A DNA stretch of 64,000 nt from Eledone cirrhosa. Lineage: Eukaryota. The notes beneath the pieces were generated by a model, which saw only the letters and a list, made by a program, of their open reading frames with translations, made no database searches and was not told the origin of the DNA. Shown one piece after another: positions 1-16,828 of the stretch. The position numbers and the translations under genes were made by a program. The first letter of the stretch is position 1. Each line of letters starts with the position of its first letter. The stretch spans positions 374,480,001-374,544,000 of the forward strand of contig OZ024743.1 in the NCBI GenBank assembly GCA_964016885.1, written 5' to 3'.

Positions 1-55
1 GAATTACAAAAGGAAATCTTTCTGTGTGAAGTGAATGAAATCCCATTTGATTTCC

Positions 56-109
<54 letters not shown>

Positions 110-196
110 CAAGTAAAGAAAAGTTGGTTGATCAAATAATCCACCGCCTGTAGTTGCAAACAGACATAAAGCACTCTACATATGTATATATGTAGG

Positions 197-235
<39 letters not shown>

Positions 236-239
<4 letters not shown>

Positions 240-424
240 AGAAAGTATGACCCCGACGACAGAGCTCAAGCCGTTTCGACGACTATTTCTGGACTATTTA
301 GTCGAAACGGCTTGAGCTCTGCCGTCGAGGTCATACTTTCTCCTATTACCCACTCTACTACCCTAAGTATTGAGTACTCTGGTGCGTTATGGTCCATCTG
401 GTTCCTTACCACTCCTCCTTCGTT
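236..424 (+). mobile_element. Fold-back PLE-type mini-element in (TA)n carrying the 3' half of an HHR
   Basis: Arms 236-280 and 301-345 are inverted repeats (2 mismatches). The right arm reads GAAAC-GGC-ttgagctct-GCC-GTC (HHR stem III plus GUC site), followed by an ~80-nt tail. Same family as 36485-36678. Confidence 0.75.
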
Positions 425-554
425 ATATATATATATATAGATATATTATAGTTCAAGTAAAGAATAGTTGGTTGATCAAATAATCTACCCACTGTAGTTG
501 CAGACAGACATAAAGCACTCTAGATATGTATATATGTAGGTAATATATGTATAT

Positions 555-641
<87 letters not shown>

Positions 642-769
642 TGCATATATGTATCTATAATTATATATATAATAATATATGTATATATAAACCTATTTAT
701 ATATATGTACAAATATACATGTATATACTCGTATATATGTATGCATGTATATATATGTATTTACGTATA

Positions 770-1330
770 TTTGAATACTGTTGTCCACTGTGGTCTCCTC
801 CCACGATACAAATTGAAGCCCCTCAGATTTCAATTACAAAAGAGGACAGTCGGCATGATAGATCTTCACTATTAGAGTCGACCAGAAAAATTCAAACTCT
901 ACTCCTTCCGTCAGCGCCACATCATTTGTATGACGTGGAAACTATTCCAGCGGCATTGCCCAAATGATGTTGGTATCAATTTTAAAATCCACCTAAGGCT
1001 TGGTTCCCGTACTATCGGCCCACTTCAAAACTCAAACTCGCATCTCATAACAACATTGCGGCACAACTATTTCACCTCAACTGGTCCCGCTCTCTTTAAT
1101 ATCATACCAAAATTCATCAAAACAGAAACAAATCAGATAAAATTCAAAAGGTCCCTGGACAAATCCCTCCAAGAAATCCTGAATAAATCCCGTTTACCCA
1201 GATGGGCCATGGTGCCAAATATTTGACTGGTGAGTGAATCATGATCAGAAGGACTTCACCAGATGGTGCCATAATTTTACACATGGACTGGGTCAATACT
1301 CGCCGAAATTTATCAAATTACCATAGTTAT
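770..1330 (+). pseudogene. 3' fragment of a CR1/L2/Jockey-group LINE ORF2
   Basis: Frameshifted [10 protein letters not shown]...IEAPQ...KRTVGM and GPALFNIIPKFIK...FKRSLDK, typical of the post-RT region of such LINEs. Confidence 0.65.
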
Positions 1331-1443
1331 CAAAGTGTATATATATATTTATATTTATACATATGTATACTTATATTTATATAAAAGCATGTATGCATAT
1401 ATATATATAAAAGCATGTATGCATATATATATATATATACATA

Positions 1444-1512
<69 letters not shown>

Positions 1513-1581
1513 GTATATATATGTATATATATATTTATATATATATATATACATATATATATGTATATATATATATATTCA

Positions 1582-1634
1582 GAACTTCCTGAAGATTTAA
1601 TCTGAATGAAACAGTACTAGTCCTGTAGAAGCTC
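1582..1634 (+). ncRNA. Minimal type I hammerhead ribozyme within PLE-type element 1577-1720
   Basis: gaacttc-CTGAAGA-(weak stem II)-GAAAC-AG-tactagtc-CT-GTA-gaagctc. Stem III loop contains a palindrome; AATAAA at 1644. Confidence 0.7.
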
Positions 1635-1719
1635 CTTCTATAAAATAAAAACATTTTACTCTGCCATGTATTGAGTACCTTACTTACTGTGGTTATCCCC
1701 GACTCAACCCGGGACCTAC

Positions 1720-1774
<55 letters not shown>

Positions 1775-1889
1775 TATATATATATGTGTATATATATATA
1801 TATATACACACATATATATATATACACACACACACATATATATACATATATATACATATATATATATATACACACATATATACATATAC

Positions 1890-1943
<54 letters not shown>

Positions 1944-1956
1944 GTATATATGTGTG

Positions 1957-2004
<48 letters not shown>

Positions 2005-2701
2005 GTCTATCTGAATAGTATCCGACCTTAGACTGAGAGACAATTACATACTTGGCTGGGTTTAATCACTAGTCCCATTCGAAGTAGACCCCTTGTGTTC
2101 GAATCATAGCTGGAATTCTGGAATACGTTTTGCTGAATGTCTCTCAGCTTCACTGTCGCAATGTTCTTTTGTCCCTCATATTGGAAGTGTTTCATTGGCA
2201 TTCCTTTTGGGAACAGCCACAAGTCAGAACAGGGCCGTATATGCTGTGATAGCCTTGCGAATGAAGGAAATGCCTTTCCTTGGCAAGAAACCCTAGACCA
2301 GCAAGCGACAAATCAGCAGAGGCTTTGCTAAGATGCAACTGTTAGTTTTGCGAGGCCTAAAGATCCAGTCTCTTGCACCGTACTACAGTCCAGTCGGATG
2401 TCTTCTTGGTTGTCTTCCTTTGTAACTGTCCCTCTGGGACATATTTATGATGCACAACGCCTCGCTATTCAAAGTTAATAGACAGTATTACATTGATTTA
2501 GCTCCACCCCTGAGGTGGTTTTTAGGGGCCTTGCTGAAGTCGGATACTTTCAATATAATGACAGAGCCTAATTTCCAGGTCATATCCGTACATAAAGCTC
2601 TCGTCACCAATTATTACAGTATTCAGGAACTCGGGATTATTGTAGTGCAGCACCTCACTTCCTGGCTGCTTTTACATTATCTCTCATATGCATATACATA
2701 G

Positions 2702-2776
<75 letters not shown>

Positions 2777-3029
2777 GCCGAGACCATGTAGTTCGTGACA
2801 TATCATTTACTGATCTACTTTATGGAAATCCTTCACAAAGTCGAGATATATCACATCCACATTTAAGCGGTTTAGTAACAAAAATAACATTTCAAGCTCT
2901 ATGTATAACCACACTCAGCAATTAAGACAAATCTTCTTATCAGTTGTATGTTCCGTAAATTACAGCCCTCGTGTAAGTAAATTTGATATGATGTATAAAT
3001 ACAGTGTTATCGACTACAATAGTTATAAT

Positions 3030-3565
3030 GATTTCTGATTTAGGTACCAGGCCAACAATTTTTGGGGGAGGGGACCCAATTATTTACTGGTACTTTATTT
3101 TATCAATCCCGTAAGGGTGAAAGGCAAAGCTAACCTCGGTGGGATTTGAAATCAGAACGTAAAGAGCCGTAAGGCTACAATAGTAATAATTGTTTCTATC
3201 TTTGGCACAAGGCCAGCAATTACCCAGTACATTACTGGTACTTTATTTTATCGACCCCGTAAGGATGAAAGGCAAAGTTAACCTCGGCTGGATTTGAACT
3301 CAGAATGGAAAGGGCCGTAACTCTCTGCGTCAAAGCATGATGTCCGACCCTCTACCGATACTGCCAATCCACCGCCCTTTATAATTGTTTCTATTTTTGG
3401 CACAAGGCCAGCAATTATCCCAGTGTATTACTGGTACTTTATTTTATCGACCCCGTAAGGATGAAAAGCAAAGTTAACCTCGGCGGGATTTGAACTCAGA
3501 TCATAAAGGGCCGTAACTCTTTGCTACAAAGCATGGCGTCAGACCCTCTACCGATACTGCCAATA
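3030..3565 (-). mobile_element. Three tandem copies of a ~190-bp tRNA-derived SINE
   Basis: Repeated ataattgtttcta...ggcacaaggccagc...gatttgaactcag...ccgatactgccaat. The minus strand has A-box-like TGGCAGTATCGG and B-box GTTCAAATCC. Confidence 0.85.
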
Positions 3566-3734
3566 AACACTACTGTTAATAAGACCTTTATAATTAACAC
3601 TAGCTAATCTACTATTTCTAGTTATTCTAGGTTCTAGGTTGTGATGTTGGATGTGGTTTTTAAAACTGTGGGATTTAAAAAAAATATAACCGTACCAGCA
3701 GCTTTAGTAAATAAACTCAATTTCATTTTCTTAT

Positions 3735-4010
3735 GGGATCACGAAGGTAAGGTTGTAAGTTCGATAGCTGGATCAGGTAGGGCGCTGTCACGTGCGCAAG
3801 AAACTTTATTTCATGTTGTTTCCGTCCACTCACCTGGCAAAATGAGGTGTACCTATAATTCAAACGGCCAGCGTTGTCTCATATTGCGCCACACGGAATC
3901 TCCCTGAGAACTACACTACAGTTGTAAATGTCTATGAAATGCTCAGTCACGTACAGTTAATTTCACGAGCAGAGTGTTTCATTGTTTGAAAACGACAGAG
4001 GTTCAACAAC
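3735..4010 (+). mobile_element. Degraded tRNA/CORE-type SINE of a second family (reverse copies at ~18870-19030 and ~19940-20090)
   Basis: B-box-like gttcgatagc, CORE-like gcaagaaactttatttca...tccactcacctgg, and body ccctgagaactac...ttaatttcacgagcag. Confidence 0.6.
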
Positions 4011-4014
4011 AACA

Positions 4015-7520
<3,506 letters not shown>

Positions 7521-8522
7521 TATATATATATTATATATTATATATATGAGTCCCGGGTTCAGTCGGGAGGTATGTAATATATATATATATATATAAGTTA
7601 AAACAATGAAATAAAAATCAAGTCATTAGAGATGTACTTCACTGCTTTATCATCGTTTCTAGATGATGATAATACATCGTAACTATACTTCGATATCGAT
7701 CTATGTAAGGTTAGTTACAAAATATCCGATAAAGAGAATATTTACTTAAATGCATATCACCAGCTGTTTTCAAACGCAATAATAATTTTATTCAATAATA
7801 ATTTTATTCAGAATTAGTAGTATGTTAGTATCATGTCCTTATTTGGAGGTTGTTGAAGAACTAACCAATCAAATTGTTTTTTTAATATGGTGTTAGGATG
7901 AAAAGTAATACACTTTAGTTGAGGTCATGACCCTTTGAAAGGAATGGTTGAATGGTGTTAATAGTAGAATTGGCATCAAAATCTATTAGGAGGAAAGGGA
8001 TTGTCAAACTGATAGTTGAATGTATCTGGTATAGTGAAGTTAAAAAGAATGTCAAAATAAATGGTGATTAGTGTTGTATTGAGTTTTTAGGTGAATATAA
8101 ATTAAGGTTATGGCTAGGAAAGATAGTATATTAGAAGATGAAAATTATAATAAGATAATGAAATACAGTAATGCGATAATATACAACATAACCAACACAA
8201 TATAGTACGGTGTGGTAAATTGCACTTAGTAAAATACAGCATATGATACGCTCTAAAATACTATCAAGTATGTTTATGCATAAATAATCAAACTCAGATA
8301 AATACATGTTGGCATAGTTAAAACACATAAATTTCATAGATTATAAAGTGCACATATCCACACTATATATATAGAGAGAGGTACAGTTATATTGATATCC
8401 AACCAAAAATATACATACGCACAAATAGATGCAAACCTAAATACACATTTACACATATGCACATAATCATATACACACATATCCATACCTATCTATATCC
8501 ACACATATACACTTATACCCAC

Positions 8523-8553
<31 letters not shown>

Positions 8554-8698
8554 TACATATATATATATATATATATGTATACATATACATACATATATAT
8601 ATACACACACACACACATATATATATACATACATATATACACACACATACATATATATATACATACATATATACACACACATAAATAATGTGTGTGTG

Positions 8699-8745
<47 letters not shown>

Positions 8746-8858
8746 GATTCCAGTTCCTCAGTGAAATAACAACCCAACCAGGAACTGGGCATATCAGAGT
8801 ATTGACAAAGTTATACACCTCAACAACATGTGTACTCGTCTCTACCACACTAATTCGG

Positions 8859-8913
8859 ACTGCCTGAAGAGGTCACAGCCAAAGATGGCTGTCACTGAAA
8901 TATATATAGCAGT
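8859..8913 (+). ncRNA. Type I hammerhead ribozyme in a PLE pseudo-LTR remnant (~8745-9060)
   Basis: actgc-CTGAAGA-ggtcacagcc aaagat ggctgtcact-GAAA-tatata-TA-gcagt. Stem I is perfect; AATAAA follows at 8914. Confidence 0.85.
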
Positions 8914-9086
8914 AATAAACAAAGCCAAATTTTAAACATTTGACTTATTTATTTTATTTTATTTTACATTACTCCGGAGTAACCAAACCAACCTGCGCAC
9001 TTCGTTGAGTGCTCCAATCTGCATACTGAGGTGTTGGTATACAACCAACATATACTCAAAATTTATATATTTATATATACATATGT

Positions 9087-9167
<81 letters not shown>

Positions 9168-10638
9168 GAAATAGCTCTGTAATTTTAAAGAAGAGGTGAA
9201 CAATGCAGATATCGATTTAAGGGCGATAAATATCTTTCATTTAACTCTATTAAAATTTCGGTCCGCGGTCACTAGAAAAGACAAAAGCTAAAACAGAATA
9301 GGAATGAAACAATTTTCGAATCTATTTTGGCTTTGATTGAACACGTAACGGTAGAAGCGAGATATTTTATATCTGTCGACAAAAACTCTACGTGCGACAT
9401 TTTCGTTGTCCTGGCATATTTGTGAGAAAGCATCCTCCCCATGCTCTGTGTGTCACCCGAATACTCATCAGCAGCTTCATACAAGCAAATATTTTAATGG
9501 TTATTCTGCTTATGTCTCAAAGTCCATTTCCTCTTCGTTCCTTTGTTGCTGTTAGCAACCTGTGAAATCTAATTATTTCCTCGTCTTCGCGGCAAGACGT
9601 AATTATATTGATACATCTTTTTTTGAGAAAGTGTATTAAGAGACAGTATGTGTTTTATATGTAGCTATCCTATTGTTGTTGCTTCTTTATAGCAGACAGA
9701 ATGGCGAATGCGCTACCTAACATTGTGATGTGGAGAATGCAGAGTTTAATATAGCTGCATATATATATATGCATTATATGCATATATATATATATATATG
9801 CATTATATGCATATATATATATATATATATATAAGTTAAAACAATGAAATAAAAAATCAAGTCATTAGAGATATACTTCACTGCTTTACAATCGTTTCTA
9901 GGTGATGATAATACATTGTAGGTATACCTCGTTATTGATCTATGTAAGGTTAGTTACAAAATATCAGATAAAGAGAATATTTACTTACATGCATATCACC
10001 AGCTGTTTTCAAAAGCATATATATATATTTATATATATATATATATATATATGGGGTGGAGGGTATAATATACCTTCTTCCATTTATTCCTGGGAAAGTC
10101 GTGAGGGCAGAATCCCGAAACACGTCTTCCAGCGGTCCTATCAAAAGTACCCCTTTCCAATTAACGTAATTGGATCTGCAAGGGAGACCAGCCGAGGGTT
10201 CTAAGTCCAAATCTTGTCGAGGGTTTCAAATCACAGTGATGGCCAGGGCTAATCCCTCGAAACCGAACATAGCACCACAATTGGTTATAAAAGCTGCAAT
10301 GATTGGGAGAGAATACGAGCAATTTGTTGCTGCAATTAAACATTGATGAGTGGAAGATAAGTAGAATCAGTCAAATGAATGTCAGACACAATACCTGGCA
10401 GTATTTAGTTACGTCACTTTATATATTGAGGTAAAATCCTACAGAAGTAAGCTTTACAGTTCCTTGATTTCGTGATCGATTAAAGAAAAACAGACGAATA
10501 TTATGGTCGATATAACCGACTAGCTCCCCTTAAAAAATGCGTGACTTTATGTACACATTTTAGAAACTAGTATTTCAAATGTTTTATACGCAGAAAGCAT
10601 ATAAGCTATAGCTTATGTTTGTCTCAGTAGCGAGTGAG

Positions 10639-10692
10639 TGAACATCACTGACGATGGATTTAAAAATTCTGAAACACTAGCGCCTGTCGTTC
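10639..10692 (+). ncRNA. Candidate hammerhead ribozyme
   Basis: CTGACGA (10648), stem II, GAAAC-A...T-GTC (10686-10688). Stem I gaac/gttc needs a bulge. Enclosed by a perfect 11-bp outer stem 10622-10632/10699-10709. Confidence 0.55.
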
Positions 10693-10946
10693 TCCAACCG
10701 CTACTGAGATAGTTGTGTATGGTCGCAGCTATATATATATATGTTTGTTATATATAAATATATCGTTTATGTCTTCATATACACATCTATTATTGTTAAG
10801 AAGTGCCTCGTCAAATGAAAGGAATATTTATCAGGAACCCCAATTATTTCATAATTAAAACACAATTTACGATTTACAACGCGTAATCTCTATCTCTCTG
10901 GCTCATTTCGAACGCCAAAAATATTCTCATTCAACTAAATAAGGAA

Positions 10947-10994
<48 letters not shown>

Positions 10995-11098
10995 CAAAAG
11001 GGATATTTAATTTGTTGGTAATTCAAGACTATCCAGGAAAAACTTGAACCGTTAAGATCTTCTTCCTGGATATGTAAATATTTATAAAACAAACTTTG

Positions 11099-11163
11099 TA
11101 TTTTATCTGATGAGAGCGTACCAAAGTTTTGGTACCCTTGAAATATACGTATATAATAGAATA
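11099..11163 (+). ncRNA. Type I hammerhead ribozyme, same family as 43216-43278
   Basis: tattttat-CTGATGA-gagcgtaccaaa gt tttggtaccctt-GAAA-tatacgtata-TA-atagaata. Confidence 0.8.
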
Positions 11164-11225
11164 AATATGCTTTTATAAATATAGTTTCCATTTATTTAAT
11201 ATCATTGATATATATATATATACAT

Positions 11226-11480
11226 CCAGGGGCCTAGTTTACCCTAAAAATGTGAGGGGACAAACCAACATTTATTGATTCTTAAAGGAGCATAAATTGC
11301 TTATGCTGCCTTTCCCGGACCCCTATCACATAAGTAAAATTTGATATATTCAAATGAAGTTCAGATATAAAAGAATAAGCTTAAAAAGAATTTATTATAT
11401 CAAATAAACAAAAATAAAATATAGACGTTTGAAAAAGTGGTGGGAACGTGTCCCCTGGTACCCCCCTGAAACAAGGCCCT
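11226..11480. mobile_element. Short non-autonomous DNA element (MITE/HINE-like)
   Basis: Imperfect TIR ggggcctagttt/aaacaaggccct, GC-rich subterminal segment and AT-rich core. Confidence 0.4.
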
Positions 11481-11514
11481 TTTATACATCCGTATGTACT
11501 CAATACAGATATAT

Positions 11515-11661
11515 AATATTCATTTTATTATGGCTAAATAGGGAGTCTTATTACTCTGGAGTTTCGCCTGTTTATCACAGGATCATCTTGTCTGATGACC
11601 CTGTGATAAACAGGCGAAACTCCGGAGTAACAAGACTCACTATTTAGCCTTAATGCAATGA

Positions 11662-11665
<4 letters not shown>
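11515..11665. mobile_element. ~150-bp fold-back element containing a textbook HHR at 11586-11635 (+)
   Basis: tcttgt-CTGATGA-c-cctgt gataa acagg-c-GAAAC-tccgga-GTA-acaaga. The left arm is the reverse complement and ends inside the CTGATGA core. Confidence 0.9.
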
Positions 11666-11693
<28 letters not shown>

Positions 11694-11694
11694 A

Positions 11695-11774
<80 letters not shown>

Positions 11775-12045
11775 TAAGTGTCTGTGTGTGTGTGTGTCAT
11801 ATATATGTTCACACACATACATACACATATTACACACACACACATATATATAATTCTGAATACACACATACAATACATAGACACCGTTTTCAAATAATAG
11901 CATCGAATGTTCATATTGGTGCCACTTCCAGTAATCAACAAAATTACTGAATAACATACATTATCCTTATGGGGTCGATAAAATAAAGTACCAGTAATGC
12001 ACTGGGTATTTGCTGGCCTTGTGCCTAAAGTAGAAACAATTATAT

Positions 12046-12237
12046 TATGGTGGATTGGCAGTATCGGTAGAGGGTCGGACGCCATGCTTTGCAGCAAAGA
12101 GTTACGGCCCTTTATGGTCTGAGTTCATATCCCGCCGAGGTTAACTTTGCCTTTCATCCTTACGGGATCGATAAAATAAAGTACCAGTAATACACTGTGA
12201 TAATTACTGGCCTTGTGCCAAAAGTAGAAACAATTAT
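12046..12237 (+). mobile_element. tRNA-derived SINE, family of 3030-3565; partial copy at 11962-12042
   Basis: Reverse complement of the 3187-3380 unit. Confidence 0.85.
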
Positions 12238-12308
12238 ATTATAGATATATATATGTGTGTATGTGTGTATGTGTGTGTGTGTATATATACACACATAAAT
12301 ATATTTGC

Positions 12309-12343
<35 letters not shown>

Positions 12344-12390
12344 TATATATACACTATATATATACATACATATGCATACATATGCATACA

Positions 12391-12440
<50 letters not shown>

Positions 12441-12961
12441 CACACACACACATATATATATATATATATACGTGTGTGAAGGAAAAGTGAATGCTTGAAG
12501 CATTTGTAAGATTGAGTTACAACTATATTCATCTATTCATCGTTTTTTAAATTAATTATTCGAGTATTTAACTTATATAGTAAAAATATAACCTAATTAT
12601 AAATTTTATTTATTTGTCAATCCCGACTGCTTCCTTTTATCATTAGATTATAACAGTATTTCTTTTATTCAAAGTATACAAATGAGAAATTTTCAGATAA
12701 TAATTATTTTTATGTTCAAAATTTCTATTCATTTCGTTAATTTGTACAAGTTATAAGAAATAATAATTATTTTTACCTATGTAACATTCGCTAGTGTTAC
12801 CCAGACTCTCAAAATTACCCGTCACATAGTAAGTCACAATCTAGTATACATATATTACTGAATGGTAAGTTAACAGTTCACCTAAAAACCAATATATTAT
12901 AAATATATGGATCTTTCCTCTGTATCAGTACTAACCTATCTTCTTTTATTTATCCCCACAG

Positions 12962-13026
12962 GTCTGAAGTTATCAAAAATATCCTCTTGGACTATGACAA
13001 TCGCATCTCGCCTCATTTTGATCCAG
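12962..13026 (+). CDS. Internal coding exon of a Cys-loop ligand-gated ion channel (GlyR/GluCl-like)
   Basis: Polypyrimidine tract plus cag acceptor, GTAAGT donor, 65 bp. Translates to SEVIKNILLDYDNRISPHFDP, matching the N-terminal helix and YDxRxxP motif. Confidence 0.85.
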
Positions 13027-13055
13027 GTAAGTTTATTTCTACATAAATTCTTACG

Positions 13056-13300
13056 CAGTTATTCAAGCAGTGTATCAGAGATCTCCCTATAAACATCTCT
13101 GTACAGATCAAGACATCTTACACACAGTTATTGAAGCGGTATATCAGAGATCTACTTCTAAATATCGGCGTAGTGATCGACAGATCAAAACAACTTACAC
13201 AGTTATTCAAGCGGTATATCAGGGATCTACTTCTAAATATCGGCGTAGTGATCGACAGATCAAGACAGCTTATACATAGTTATTCAAGCGGTATATCAGA
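13056..13300 (+). repeat. Minisatellite, ~70-77-bp unit, ~3.3 copies
   Basis: agttatt(c/g)aagc(a/g)gt(g/a)tatcag recurs at about 13057, 13127, 13201 and 13278. Confidence 0.85.
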
Positions 13301-13448
13301 CCTAGTAATTCTAGAAGAAGACAGTATCTTGGTCATGCACACAGTATTATGTATAAACTATATAAGAATTAAAAAACAAAATTAGAATTTCATTTTACGC
13401 TCTAGCATAGCGGATACGTAGATGCATTCGTGAGTTTTATATCGAATA

Positions 13449-13630
13449 ATAATTGTTTCTACTTTTGGCACAGGGCCAGCAATTATCTCAGTGAATTACT
13501 GGTACTTTATTTTATCGACCCCGTCAGGATGAAAGGCAAAGTTAACCTCGGCGGGATTTGAACTCAGGACGCAAAGGGCCATAACTCTACGCTGTAAAGC
13601 ATGGTGTCTGACGCTCTACCGATTCTGCTA
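13449..13630 (-). mobile_element. tRNA-derived SINE copy
   Basis: Same unit as 3187-3380. Confidence 0.85.
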
Positions 13631-14443
13631 TCGATTTGTTTGCAAGCAAACAGCCTCATTATGATGTGTTTTAAATGACCAACGTAATCCTTTTGTTTTA
13701 GAGGTGACAAAGAGAAGCAATCAACAATATTGTTTCTGGGTTATTGTCCTTTGTCAAGAATGGGTATCTCTCTTCTCTGTCACACATTAGAACTCTTGAG
13801 AATATATAGTCTTCTCTAAAGTTTACATCGGCTAGTTAGACTAATTTGCATACTGAGTGATTTTACGGTTGGCTTTGCCGAACAATAAAGCATAATTCCT
13901 TAGCCGCCAATATGTATATCTAATTATAATATAACAACAGAATTTTATGGAATTATTTCCAGTATATTAAGCTTATACACCAAGCAGCTGAAATATATTA
14001 CACAAGCAGTACATGTTTTTAACCGAAGAGGCGTGAAATGTGTATGTAAACACGTTTTATATACCTCAGCTGGTAAACATGTTTATCTACGTAGATAAGA
14101 CATGTATATATATGTTTAAATATATAAAAGTCTGTGTTTACATATTCATTTCTTGCACCAACACAGGTTTACATAGTTAAGTATATAAAAATGTTTGTTT
14201 ATGTACACAGTTCACACAACTTCGGTTAAATATACGTGCGGTCGTTATAGATATATTTTAATATATATATATATATATATATATAAATGAAAGGTATAGA
14301 AAGTATTGTAGCAAGAAGCCATATATATATATATATATATATATATACACTCTATATATATATATATGTATATATATATGTGTATATATATATATATATA
14401 TAGGAACGAGTAGGACCCTGACGGCTGAGCTCAAGCCGTTTCG

Positions 14444-14496
<53 letters not shown>

Positions 14497-14525
14497 GAAA
14501 GGTATAGAAAGTATTGTAGCAAGAA

Positions 14526-14568
<43 letters not shown>

Positions 14569-14604
14569 TCTATATATATATATATGTATATATATATGTA
14601 TATA

Positions 14605-14686
<82 letters not shown>

Positions 14687-14725
14687 AACGAGTAGGACCC
14701 TGACGGCTGAGCTCAAGCCGTTTCG

Positions 14726-15329
<604 letters not shown>

Positions 15330-15819
15330 TATATATATAGAAATAATAATAAATTTGAAGACTAAAATCCAAAGAGGGCTCGATAAGGATAAATATATAT
15401 CAAATATATAAGAACCGTAGAGCAAATATTTATTAAAATAACAGATTAAAGTTTAAGCAAAGAATCAGTGCTTTCACCCTTAACGGGATCTTCTGAAACT
15501 AACAAAGTCAATTTGTAAACGCAGAAGTGGATATTTCAAAAAACGTTGCAACCGGAGGAAGACAGGAAGACGATACTTTGGTTCGTGGAAACGTTCCCTG
15601 GCAAAGAACGGGAAAAAACGAATATAATACGTCATTATTTGGAGCGGTGAAAAACAATTACGCGCAAAGACAGAACCACGTTTATGGTATAAAAGAAGTC
15701 GTAGACTAATATTCTATTAGGTGGTTCATAGAGACGTTCTCTGGCAATGAACGAAAAAAACGAAGATAATACGTCATATGTGGAGCGTAGAGAACAATAT
15801 ATATATATATATATATATA

Positions 15820-16500
15820 TTTCGTTTCTGAATTTGTTTAGCAAGATTCTTTATCTGAAATCGTGTGTTGAAACCGATATTGTTATACTTTGGGAGGGTC
15901 ATGTTGCCAATAAGAAACACACGCACCAGTTGCTTTCACTTCAATTTATTATAATAAATTTATAATAAATTTATAAATTTCTGGTTGGTTGGTTGGTTCC
16001 ACAACCAGATAGTTGTTTATATATTCTCATAGTTCTTTCGTCACACACTCTGTGACCTCTTCAGTGACTGGGGATTCCTTTCTTTGTTTCTGTGCCTCTC
16101 ATTTGTTCTGTCCTACGCCATTTTGTTTCTGTGTGTTGTGTGCTCAGTCTGCGCATGCGCCACATCCGGGTGTCTGTGTGTGTTTATGTTCATTTATTTA
16201 TTTGTTTATTTACATGTTACTGGTTGGTTGTTTGTTCTATGTGTGTGTGTGTTTTCATTTTGTCCTTAATTGTAAGTTGTGATGTTGCTGTTCCACTCAT
16301 ATTTTCTATTTAATTTTGGTTGTAATTCTTTTATGTTTATTGCCTCTGTAATTTGTCTAAACATTGCGTCTTTTCTGTGTGTAGATTCTATTTTTATTTC
16401 TATGTTCTCTAATTTACCCTTGTGTTCTACTTTAGCATGTTGGTAGAGTACAGATGATTCTTTACTATCTTGAAGGTCTCGCCAGTGTTCATTTATCCGT
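15820..16500 (-). mobile_element. PLE 3' fragment: GIY-YIG C-terminus plus pseudo-LTR with HHR at 16026-16068
   Basis: RINEHWRDL...LYQHAKVEH...RQITEAINIK...LNRKYEWN, then CTGAAGA-ggtcaca..tgtgac-GAAAG-aa-CTA. Confidence 0.85.
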
Positions 16501-16771
16501 ATATATATATACGAGGTGGCGAATTCACTGAGTCGATAGAATGTTGGATAGTTGAACTTTGCCTTTCGTTTTTTCGACGTCAATAAAAATGTACCAATAC
16601 TGGATTGATTCTTCCTCTCTTTCTAACTCTCTTTCTCTCTCCTTCCCTCGAATAAATCGGCTGTCTTCAGACCTGGAAAGAGAAGGGGTTCCGCCGCCAG
16701 ATTTACGCTGCCTCCTACGATTACACCTCGATTTATAGGCCCATCCACCCATCCACACACACGTCCCCCCA

Positions 16772-16827
<56 letters not shown>

Positions 16828-16828
<1 letters not shown>

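Noticed and set aside
2020-2520. Possible LTR-pol and mariner remnants
   Set aside because: Only short, ambiguous motifs (e.g. VHHKYVPEG); too degraded to call.
9497-9720. Hydrophobic, signal-peptide-like reading frames
   Set aside because: No frame combines a start codon, an open frame and a suitable donor.
12712-12870. Possible signal-peptide exon of the channel (MFKISIHF..IIIIFTYVTFASVTQ)
   Set aside because: There is an in-frame TAA, and neither nearby GTAAGT donor gives an open phase-2 junction.
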